DNA of 63,821 bases, counting the filler, from Rhabdomonas costata (lineage: Eukaryota), in the NCBI GenBank assembly GCA_019059605.1. It is 28 parts of 28 records of this genome, joined end to end, with 100 filler letters (N's around TTAATTAATTAA, not from the genome) between each part and the next. Parts side by side here need not be neighbours in the genome. Positions count along the whole stretch, not along the records: positions 38,845 to 41,026 come from JAHMHO010005023.1; positions 41,127 to 43,306 come from JAHMHO010005024.1; positions 43,407 to 45,585 come from JAHMHO010005025.1; positions 45,686 to 47,865 come from JAHMHO010005026.1; positions 47,966 to 50,143 come from JAHMHO010005027.1; 23 more parts are not named here. One strand, 5' to 3'. The notes below the pieces were generated by a model. That model was not told the DNA's origin and made no database searches. It saw only the letters and a list, made by a program, of their open reading frames with translations. Shown one piece after another: positions 39,312 through 49,800 of the stretch. Every line of letters starts with the position of its first letter. Positions within the stretch are counted from its first letter, which is position 1. Position numbers and translations under genes: made by a program.

Positions 39312-40828
39312 AGCTCGCGGTGGATTGACGACCAGACTGTGGCCGTGTTCATTGATTTCAACCTGTACAACCCCAATGTGGGCCTCGTCGGGGCCACCCA
39401 CCTGATGGCGGAGTTCTTTCCCACAGGGGCGGTGTACCTCTCCCAAAGCATCAAGCCCTTGCCCGTAATGACGTGTGAGCTCACCTTGCACGCTCACACA
39501 CGCTCACACGATACCCACAGTCTTGGGAGGGTGGGACCCCGTGCGCCGGAGGCATGCAGCGAGAGGCCTGACGAATCGAGGGAGGGAATAGAAATGACAA
39601 GTGCGGTGCCTCCAAAGGATATGTGTGTCAGCCGGTGCTCTGAGCGCTCCACACACATACACACACAGACACGCACCCACACACGCACGCACGCACGCAT
39701 ACACAGAGAATGGCAGAGAGTTTGATATGGCAATAATATTCTGCCTCATTACGATATAGCCGCCTGTGAAAATACCACATTGTTGTTGTTGACCTTATTT
39801 CTTGCGACTTTCGAAATTGTCCTGGATTGTTTTGGCTGATCCAATGCACCGCTCCCTTCGCAGCTTGGAGACCACAAAAAGCCTTGGACTGTTGGTTGGG
39901 GAGATCTTTCTCACCATCATGGTGGTGCTGTACGTTTCTCGAGAAGCATACGAGGTTTGCCCTGGCTGAGACTGAGAAAAGGGGTGCGCTTGGAGAGTTT
40001 GCTGTGAGGGCAAGTGTGACCTGGATGCTCTGCTTTGGGAAGGCGGGTTTCTTCCTTTTGGGGTGCTCTGCTGTGCTTTCAGTTTTGGGGTTTCCTCACG
40101 GTCGACGTCCACCACTGTGTGCAGTGCCAGATCAACCGCAACAGGCAGAGGCATGGGTCTAAGCTGATCCGCTGCCTGTAGTGCGGGCGGTGTGCCTTAG
40201 TTTGCTCTGTGTGTGTGGAGCATGGATCTGTCACATGTGTGCATCCTTCCAATTTTGCAGATCGTTTCGGAGTTTTATGCAAAATTGGAAGTTTTGGTGA
40301 GTTCTGAATCTGCCACCTTTCGGGCTGATCCTACTTAGAATAATCTCAATACATCGGGGCTGGTTCTCTTCCCTTTACAGCAGGCTGGCAGGAGGACTGC
40401 GCATTACGGGCTTGTACCCTGCTCCATGCACCCCTACCTCTCCATTTGTAAAAGTTGGGTGGAGTGCTCTCACCCAAAGCCAACCGAGAAACCTACCGAA
40501 CCTTCAACAATACTTGGTCATTGATGAGGCTGTCCCCGATTCTTGCGAGAATTCTCACACCGTTCTCCCGGTCTCATTATCGGCAATCTTTGCGGGTGTT
40601 GCAGGGACTTCAACTACCAGCGGCTGCCCACCTGCCCGCTGTGCGGGCTGGAGCTAGTGATGGCCCACCAGTGCTGGCGCGGGTACTTCCTGGATGGCTG
40701 GAACATCATGGACCTGTTCAATCAGTCCCTTTTCCTGTGGGTGCTGTCGACGCGGTTCACGTTGCGTGGGGATATGATCAAGATGAGCTACACTGTGGGC
40801 GACTCCTTCCTGCTCCTGTTTCCCGTCG
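39312..40828 (+). CDS. Polycystin-2 (TRPP)-like cation channel, partial, with one in-frame TAG
   Basis: Exons 39312-39472, 39864-39954, 40083-40189, 40605-~40828, all phase-compatible GT-AG. WIDDQTVAVFIDFNLYNPN (TOP domain), GEIFLTIMVVLYVSREAYE (S2), YFLDGWNIMD (S3). Confidence 0.85.
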
Positions 40829-41842
40829 GTGCGCATCTGTCTTCCGCATATAAAAATAGCGTCACCTGCTTCTACCTCGCAACGGCGGATTGCCCATCCA
40901 GCTTTCTTTTGCAGAGATTCTATCAATGGCGAATTGTGCTTCATGGCACTTGAAATGGGGGATAGCCGCGATCCATGTTATCATGTATATTAACGAGCCA
41001 ACAGTGCAAGCCTCGACCACCAACACNNNNNNNNNNNNNNNNNNNNNNNNNNNNNNNNNNNNNNNNNNNNTTAATTAATTAANNNNNNNNNNNNNNNNNN
41101 NNNNNNNNNNNNNNNNNNNNNNNNNNGTGTGGGGTGGAGGCCCTGCTGACCAGCCGGGACTTGGGCAGCACCCCGTGCTGCCTCTTCACCTCCCCCAGCA
41201 GCGTGCCCTTCGACGACGCCGACCTGGTGGAGCGCATGGGCTGGGACATCGCCGAGGAGAAGTATACTCTCCCCGCACTTTGCTGAAGTGGTTGTTGCCA
41301 AGATTCATAGCTATGGTTGGCCTTCCCCATCCAGCATGGAGAAGGCGACTAAGGTCCCAGAGAGAAGTGTATCGTCCTTCAGCCCCCTACGAAGTTCATT
41401 ATCGGACACTTGCATCGCTGTTTGTTCTGGAGGGGGGGCCTCACCAATCATTGTAACCTGAAGACAGGCAACTGGGGATTGCGATCGCGAGGGTGAAGGC
41501 CGCATGTCAAGCTTAGGGTTGGTGAGTTCGTGGCTGTGCGACCCCGTTCGAGAGAAACCGTCTTCGCAGCACCGATGCCGCACCCGTGCATATTCGAGTG
41601 GTCGAACAGCTCTTACGCCGGTTGGAGGGGGGGGCGTCCGCATTATCGTCTTCGTTATCTCCGCGTGGGTCTCCGCTTGGGTGTTTTTGAGGGTGAAATC
41701 CGTGCGGGGCCACGCACGCCGCCAGCTGCGAGGCGGTAGAACACGCTGGACCATCAGATAAAAACATCCCCCTGGTCAACTCCGCGAAAGGATGCCAATC
41801 CATCCACACAAATCAGTGTGTGGGGGGGGGGTGCTATCCCAG

Positions 41843-43106
41843 GTGAACCGCCGGCAGACCCTGGCCAGCCTGAAGGACCCCAAGGTGTCACTGAGCCGTC
41901 GTGCTGTGACCTTCGAGGGCCCGCCCCACCTCAGCCGGACCGTGTTCTGCACCACCCGCCTGATCGCCACCGTCCGAGCCTGCTCCGAGGAGGTGGGCAC
42001 AGGGGATCCTTATCCTGCATCTCCAACCCACACGCACTAAAAGAACCGAATGAGATCGATTGCAGGGATTATGCCCGAATATGAAAGTGGCGTAAGGCCC
42101 CGAAGACAATGAAGGGGTCTCCACGAAGTTCTGGCAGAACCTGAGCCAACGAAGGAATAGCCGCGTTTAACTCACGTCTGTAACGGAGCAGGAAAAACTT
42201 GCCGTGCTGCATTTGTATTGCGGGGCAGTCCCACTCCACGAAAATGAGGAAGGGGAGCAGATGAGAAATTGAGGTCTAGTGAACCAGCGAACGAGGGCAT
42301 TTCAGCGTGTGGTGTGGCTTAGTTCGATTCTTCTGGTGAGTAGCGGCCACCTCCTTCACCCGTTGCCCGTACACGCGCACATGTTGTCAGGTTCTGGTTG
42401 CTATTTTTGATGCCTTCATGATGTTTTCTGCGAAAATCGGTCAGTCATCTGGGAAACCTCGCGCCCAGGTGGTCTCCCACCTCCACGACACAGACAGCAA
42501 GAACGTGATCACCCGGATGGTGCTGCACTTCAAGGTGGACCAGCGCTGCCGGTATGCAATACATCGAAGTGAACACTCTGAACCTCTCTCGTCACTCACA
42601 AGGGAGAGAAGCGAAATCACACAGTAACATCTGGCGGTAGCTCGCGGTTGTTCTGTGTCAGCCTCTCCTGCTCTTATCGGTGTGATTTTTCCAGCAGCAC
42701 CTCTCACCTCTAACCTCTCACTCTCGCTCAGTACCTCTTCGATAGACAAAACTTAGGTCAGCGTCCTTTGCAGCGATGGCAAAGAGCTCGGATGGCAACC
42801 AACAAGAGTGGCGCATGCCATGCAGTACTCTGGATTTGCCTTCATTGCATAGCAAGATCCTTCCGTGTCCGATGGTTGCCCGGTAAGCTTTCTCAGTCAT
42901 TACACGGAGGGTGTATGTGTGTATGTGTGTGCGGGGGTGTTGCCCTTTCCAGACTGGTTCTTCTGCACTGCCCCTCGGTGCGGGTAGTGCCCGTGGGGAA
43001 GCCCGCGCAGAGCTACCCCTACGTGGCGCTGCAGATGAACCTCCCGATCCGCTCCACAGATCCCCCGCCGTGGGCCTCCCACGAGGAGCCCCCTGTCGCA
43101 AACGAG
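41843..43106 (+). CDS. Hypothetical protein, partial, 3 exons
   Basis: Exons 41843-41992, 42469-42551, 42953-43106 in phase: RRAVTFEGPPHLS...ITRMVLHFKVDQRCRLVLLHCPSVR. Confidence 0.65.
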
Positions 43107-43407
43107 GTCCAGCACCTTGCCCACTCCTCGCCGAGACTTCTTTGCCCCGACGCAACAGTGAGCCATTCCCTCCTCTCGTAGGAGTAAGGGCCGCGGAGCG
43201 CAGCGGACGCATGCTGGTCTGCAAACTTCAACAATTATCCTTTACCCTTAAGCATGCGTCGCCTTATGAACTGCTGCAAACACAACCAACCAACCACACC
43301 CAACACNNNNNNNNNNNNNNNNNNNNNNNNNNNNNNNNNNNNNNNNNNNNTTAATTAATTAANNNNNNNNNNNNNNNNNNNNNNNNNNNNNNNNNNNNNN
43401 NNNNNNC

Positions 43408-44896
43408 GTCGGCGCGGAGCGCAGCGTGGGCGTGGGCGGGAATACGCAGAAGTATGGGGACCCGCGCAGGCTGCGGCCCGCCCTGGATTGCGGGGTGAGG
43501 GTGATCATGGCGCACTGCATTCCTTCCCGGAGGAGAAGGGGCGCAGAGGGCCTGTGAATCTCAGGGGATTACAATTTTATCGTGAACGCGTGCATCAAAC
43601 GATATGCCTATCGTGGTGACGGCATTGCAAAATTGACTATCGGTAGTTCCAAGCGTTTCAGAATCGCGGATATTTTTGCTTCCGTTGCTTTCCCAGCACG
43701 GAAGTAAAATGATGTTTTTAAAGTGGAGCTCAGGTCTACTCTACTTTTAATTTTTGCTTAGAAGTTTAAGTGTTATCTCACAGTTATCTCAAACAAGTCT
43801 ATACTGGACCCTAGTATGTATTTATTCAACAAGAAATATGGTGTGAGGTCCAGTCCGCCCCCTAGCCCCTTCCCCTCCCAATACCGCGCGAGTGAGGGGG
43901 TGGCGGAGGATGGGATCCCGTTCTTCGACGTTTTTGTGGGGATGATGGAGGACCCGAAGTACTCCGGGCAGCTGTTCGGGGACATCTCTGCGATGCCGAT
44001 CGTGACCCGGGTCCGCTACGTGCGGCAGCTCCTGCTGCGTCACCGTGACCTGCACCCCAGGTTTGAAGGAGGGGGCGGGGCGGCACCCTTGACTCGCTCT
44101 GCTCGAGTTTATTAGAGTGTTTTCATCTCACCCCGTCACCTCAAAAAAGCAAGGTATCAGTAGAATGGTAAACAACACAGCGCAAAACAAGCCAACCCTT
44201 TGGCAGTCCGAATCCAAACTTTTCACCACATTGTTTTGTTGTTTGTGAACTGGGGATTTTTTTCGGGAAAAGCATTCGCCCCAGGAAATGTGGCGGTCAC
44301 AACCGCAGGTATTTGTGTTTAGTGCTGGTGCACCTGCCCCGTTCCTTTTTTTTTGGCCGCTGGGATGAAGTGCCTTATCATTTTGTGGCAAAGCGTACCA
44401 GCCAGCCAGTCAGAAAGTATGCCCTGTTATTTGCTCCGTTCGCTTCGACAGGCAATTGTGCCACACCTGCTGTGGCAGTCAAGTTCTGCTCTGCACAACG
44501 GTGAGGGAGTCAACCGCATCCCTTCCCCCTTGCGCTTACTACCCTTGACTCGCTACCAGGAAAAGTGCATGCACCTCCCGCCCACGATTTTTCTGGACTC
44601 CCAGAAAAGCAGCAAGTCACATGGTCTACACCTCGGCTACACCTCGCACGCCCCCCAACAGGCTGCTTTACGGCACGGACTATCCCGTGCCGTGCATCCC
44701 ATTCCTCTCATTGACCGTGGCGCACGTCCTGCTGGGGCTAATCACGTGGGAGCAGAAGGCCCAGCTGGACCGCCTGTACTCATTTAACCCCCTGCTGTTC
44801 AACCTGGTGCTGATGAGGACCGTCGGCCGCACCACCACGACAGGTCAAGGACTGGACTTCACCCCCGTCCCACCCTTCCCCTTAGTGGGGAAGTAA
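43408..44896 (+). CDS. Amidohydrolase-2 family metallohydrolase, partial
   Basis: Exons 43408-43518, 43888-44060, 44662-44843/44896: GDPRRLRPALDCGVRVIMAHC|ASEG...LFGDISA...R|LLYGTDYPVP...NPLLFNLVLMR. Confidence 0.82.
43519..43887 (+). other. Non-GT-AG intron with base-paired ends
   Basis: Removal restores AHCASEG in frame; no sliding register gives a GT donor or an AG acceptor; 43529-43542 pairs with 43865-43878. Confidence 0.75.
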
Positions 44897-46519
44897 CTGA
44901 ATGCCACTTGGCGGCACCTGGACATTCGCTTTGAGGGAGATTGGGGGGGTATTGCGGGGAGAGCGGCGTTGCACCTGGTGAGGTTTCGTGAATGTACTAT
45001 ACGTGAGAGTATTCCCGCCCTGTATTGGTCACAATTGGGCCGATGGTTTGAGTCAGGGTGTGCACTAACTGTAGATGGGAGGAGGTGTTCATTTGCAGTT
45101 TTTTTTTTCCAGAAATTGCCCTGAGACGTTTTGATGACGGTCTTCGTGGCGCCACACTTTTTCTTGCCTTCTCGTTTTTGTTCCCTAGCACATGCGGCTG
45201 CAATTCTCGTTTCCTTTTGTCTTTTTTGACGTTTTGCTGGTGGCCTGACTATGTGAACTGGCATTTTTCGAAGCCCACCTCCCCTGGAGTTGGAGATGGA
45301 TGCAGAAATAAGTTGCTAACACCTGGGACGCAGTTACGAAAGCGCTGGGCTGAATTTGTGCGTGGATTTCATTTGTTCTCCCAAACTTCTCATCAGCTTT
45401 GGTCGCCCTCTGCCTTCGGCCAAACCCACTGCTAACGGAAAACGTCCCCAATTTCTATCCGCAGACTGTCTGTATGCCACAAATCAACGGAAACGTCCAT
45501 GGTCATCGCTGTGCGCCGCCGGTTTTTTCAACCAAAAAGGCCAAACCAGCTTTTCATCGGACGCGGCGTCAATCCCCCCACACCCNNNNNNNNNNNNNNN
45601 NNNNNNNNNNNNNNNNNNNNNNNNNNNNNTTAATTAATTAANNNNNNNNNNNNNNNNNNNNNNNNNNNNNNNNNNNNNNNNNNNNGGGGGGGGGGCGTTA
45701 AACGTTCAACGGCGTTTCATTTAGGCTTTCTGTTCTACTGCCCCCCTCCCCCCAGATGCAAATACAATTGTCCCTGTGGGTGAGGGTGAGTTGGGCACAT
45801 AGCGAGCTGCCTGTTGCCTGACAGGCTGTTGGTCACTACTGCGGACTGATGGCTACACACCCGCTGCTGGTAACAGGTGTGTGCTCGCGAGAGGTATGCG
45901 TTTTGGGCTCACTGCCGTGCATTCCATGTTACCCTCCTCCCTTGTGTCCCACGAGTCCCGGACCTTTTTCGCACAGCTATCAGCGATTTCTTATCACCGG
46001 CTGCCCACTTTGCTCCAATGCTGCTCTGGACTCTGATCTGAGGTTCCGCCTTCCTATTTGGCGGGGGCGGGGGCTTTCGCTCTCTGACTGTGTTTGTCTT
46101 GCGCGCCAACACATCGACAGGTGTGCAGAATAGGCAGAAGGGCATGCAGCACAACCTGTCCCGCTGCAGCCCGTTGCGTACTGAGAAAAGTGGTGCAGTG
46201 ACCAATGCGGGGGTGCTCCCGACTGAGACATTCCTTTAATATTAGTGCCTCACACAGACCCATAAATATATGGGTCTGTGGTAAATTATATGTGTCTCTG
46301 GTAAATGTAAGGGTGGTGCATACCGACCAGAGCAAAAAAAAGATATTAAACTTGTGGATGTTAGTAGACAATGACAACGATGCACTCTCCACCACGCTGT
46401 GCCGCTGTTGCGGCATGGATCCGCGCAGATGCCAGGATGGCACCTAGTAGATCCCAGCGCGCGGTTTATGAGGGCAGAGGGGAGAGGGGGCGGTGCAGAG
46501 TGTGCTGCCTTGGGTGTGC

Positions 46520-47580
46520 TGCCCGTCGGGCCCCTCTGAGGAGAACGCAATCAGCGCCGTCTCAATGGCGCGGGTCAGAGGCGACACCAGAACCTTCGCA
46601 CAGCTGGGCCCAATGTGCTGCTGCACGTACACCCGCAGCCCTTCCGCCTGCACCACCAATACCCACCCACTATCCACCCACCCACCAATACACAGGGGTT
46701 CTTTAACAAACTTTGGCCCGCTTTTTATCTTGCAATTTCAATCACACTTTTTTTTTTTGGAAAATACAAAAAGACTCCCTGACAGTCGTTCAAGTGTTTT
46801 ATTCCTTAGGAGGATGCACAAACATGCGGTCGAATTGAAGAAGGAAACGTTTGTTGTGGCCACGGACATGTTTTTCGGCCTCAAGAGTCCGGTGTGGTAC
46901 CCTAAAGGGCACTCTAATGGATGTTTAACGACGTGATACTTCTGTATAACTTCTTTTTTATTTGTAACTTTTTTCATTGTAGTTTTTTTTTTTAAAAGAC
47001 ACAGACACACACGTCATTCCTATCCTCCCCAACGTCCCTCTCAGACAAAACTTAAGCGCAAGAATGGAGGCCACCTGCCTCCGGCCCTTCTCAGAGAGTG
47101 GGGCGTCGCGCAGCTCAGGGCCGGTCAAGGCTTGCAGGCCCCCAGGCCGCTCCGCGGCCTCGCTGTGCAGTCCATGCCCATGGCACACCTGAAGCAACCC
47201 ACAAGTTAGTTCATAAAAGGAAATGCAGAAACAACAGCTGAGGAATAAAAATAACCCCACAGGTTTCTCAGAAGAGATTTTCGGTTCAAACAACAACTAC
47301 AACCATGTGGGCGCAAACAGCGAATCTCTGCTCTGTTGATTTCACTGAAGAGAATGGGCGCTAGTCCTTTTTCTGTTAGGAGGGAGGTGGCGCACCCCTA
47401 ACGGGTGTTGCAGGGACCTTTACCACTCAGATTCAGCCTCCCACTCAGGCCAGAATCCTGGATATAACGCCCCCATCCCTGAAGCACTTGGCCCCACGGT
47501 CCTTTATTCGTATGCCCAACTTCCCAGGTACACTGCTCCAGCGCTTCTCCTTCTTCTTCTTGTTGCCGTGGTTGCTGTGT
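46520..47580 (-). CDS. Histidine phosphatase / phosphoglycerate mutase-like protein, partial, possibly decaying
   Basis: Exons ~47580-47525 (AGAVYL), 47188-47075 (VCHGHGLHS...DAPLSEKGRRQ), 46647-~46520 (AEGL...LVSPLTRAIETA). Confidence 0.7.
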
Positions 47581-48710
47581 GAGTGCGGGTCCCGTTCGGG
47601 CTTGTGTCACGACAATACGTCAGCCAAATTTTGGACCCAATGGAAGGGAGAGGGGGAAGTGGTAATGGCTATCAGTAGCAGCAGAAACCTGAGCTAAACT
47701 TTGCTATTCTAATCATACGCCAGCCAAAGGGGACGCGTGAACCGGAAACGTAGCCCGGGAAGCATATAAAGACATCATCATAGTCTTTGTACACAAGTAA
47801 TTGCTCTGATACAGTTTATACACAACTGGTCACTGGTGGTAAACCACTTAGTACCCCCACCACCCNNNNNNNNNNNNNNNNNNNNNNNNNNNNNNNNNNN
47901 NNNNNNNNNTTAATTAATTAANNNNNNNNNNNNNNNNNNNNNNNNNNNNNNNNNNNNNNNNNNNNATGCTTCGTGCTTGATCCACGCCACCCTCTTTCCC
48001 CACCCCTTCTCTCCTCTCGGCTCCTGGTTCTCTCTCTCTCCCTAGTTCCCTGCCTCTCTCGCTCGCTCTCGTTGCTGTTGCACTCTCTCTGGCGGTGCTT
48101 CCTTCGAATGACGACTTTGGTTTTTGGCGGGTGCTGTCCCCATTTTCGGCTTTTGGCCTTTCCTCCAACACCCGCGGAGGACCTGGGGTTGGTGTTGGTT
48201 GCCTCTTCTTTCTGGTGATCGCTGACCTTGTGGAGGGCCCCTGGGGTAAATACCCCTCCCACCTTCCTCGCTGCTGCCACCTCCCTCAGCCCCGAGAGGC
48301 GGCGGGGCTGATTATCAAGTGTACAGTGCAGTTGCGGTTTCTTTTTTCGTCTTTCTTGGGCGGTCCGTCTTGCCGCGGCTGGGCCGCCTTGGCTCGCTCG
48401 CGGTGATGGTGGCGTCCCACGAGGTTCTTTCTTCTTCCTTCCTTTTCATTTCTTGTTCTTTCTTTCTTTTTGGGTAGTTGTTATTCCCACACTGTGTGTG
48501 TAAGTATGTGTGTGTGCGTGCGTGCGTGCGCGCGCGCGCGCGCCGGCGCCACTGAGTGCAATCATTTTTTCGGTTGTCGGCCTGCTGATGTTGTGCTGCT
48601 TTGTCTTCTGAAATTCCTCCCTCCAACAACCCCAAAAGTCTGCTGTGTATGTGGCACACGACCACACACATATGGTGACAAACCAACACCCCGAGGGAGC
48701 ACAGAAAAAC

Positions 48711-49800
48711 CTGAAACACGAAGAAAAACAGGAACGAGATCTGGGACTCGTTTAATGCTTTTATAGCCACGTCAGGGAAATTCGACGTGGTAAGCGCCGT
48801 GAACATGCTCTTGATGGCTTCTGAGGGCTGCGAGAAGTAGGCATCCCCTGCGCACAAAAAGAAAGAAAAGCAAACTTTGGCACTTTTGCACCGACCAGTT
48901 CGTCTGAAGAAGGACGCCCATGAACTTGATGCATAGTGTTCAGAACAGGCCCAAAGCGAAACCTGTACACCGACACCCACCCCTTGCACCCCCTTGCAGG
49001 AACCGCAAGTCAAGAAAACTCGGGAAATCCTTGACGGTACGTAAGTTGCCCCAACTCCAAATAACGCGAAAAAAATGGCTGCGTGTCAAAGCTTCCATTC
49101 GTTCACACCGCAGGCTTCGCGGTGCCAAGCTTCTCAAATTTAAAGACAAAAGCGCACCTTGCGGGGTGCCCACCCAGATCAGCGTCCCCACCCACGAGAA
49201 CAGCAGGATCCACACCCACAGCAGCACAAAGCCGCTGAACGAAAGATACACCGACTGCAGGGTGGTCGCCAGCCTCGTCACCCGCGACTCCTCCAGAAGC
49301 ACAAACACCAACGGCCGCAGAAAGGGCTCGATCCCACGCGAGCTGCGCATCTTCAGCTGCACCAGAGGATCCAGCAGCGCACCACAAAACACCACGTACC
49401 GCAGCACAAGGTACGGGGTCTGCTTTCCACACGCCACCGTGAGAACCACCAGCCACACAAAGAAAAACCCCACCAGGATGATATCCAAGGACATGCTGAC
49501 GGCAGGGCCAAGCGTGGGGATTCCTGAATGTACCATTACCTCCTCAGATCCACAGCTATCTTGCAGGCACCACGACGGAGTCTGAACGAAGGGCAGCACA
49601 AGGTATACGTACGACACAAGTACGACAATACGGGTGAAGTGAAGAAGTGGATAGTACAGAGTGCGGAGACGGTTCGCCGCCATGACGTGTGCAGTACGCC
49701 CTTGAAGGGCCTCGACAAAGTAAAACGCCGCCAAGTGAAGTGTAGACACTGCCTCGCCACCGTCCGGGACGGAGGGAGGCAGAGCAGCGGACAGGGCCAT
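48711..49800 (-). CDS. Two-pore channel (TPC1-like), N-terminal repeat
   Basis: Exons 49800-49158 and 48847-48711: AAFYFVEALQGR, PFVQTPSWC, PFLRPLVFV (S4), pore LTTSNFPDV, SFLFFFVF (S6). Confidence 0.88.

Noticed and set aside
40381-40455. Open stretch after an AG as the third polycystin exon
   Set aside because: No nearby GT donor gives the phase 2 needed for the next exon, whereas 40083-40189 fits both phases.
43495-43896. Canonical GT-AG solution for the amidohydrolase intron
   Set aside because: It is in frame but deletes VRVIMAHCASE, including the metal-binding His strand, which is intact in the sequence.
48920-49585. 221-aa plus-strand ORF and similar long shadow ORFs in the track
   Set aside because: They are antisense to GC-rich real exons (here the two-pore channel) and have no independent motifs.
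39312-49800. Apparent clustering of channel and signalling genes
   Set aside because: The genes lie on separate length-sorted contigs, so proximity is meaningless.
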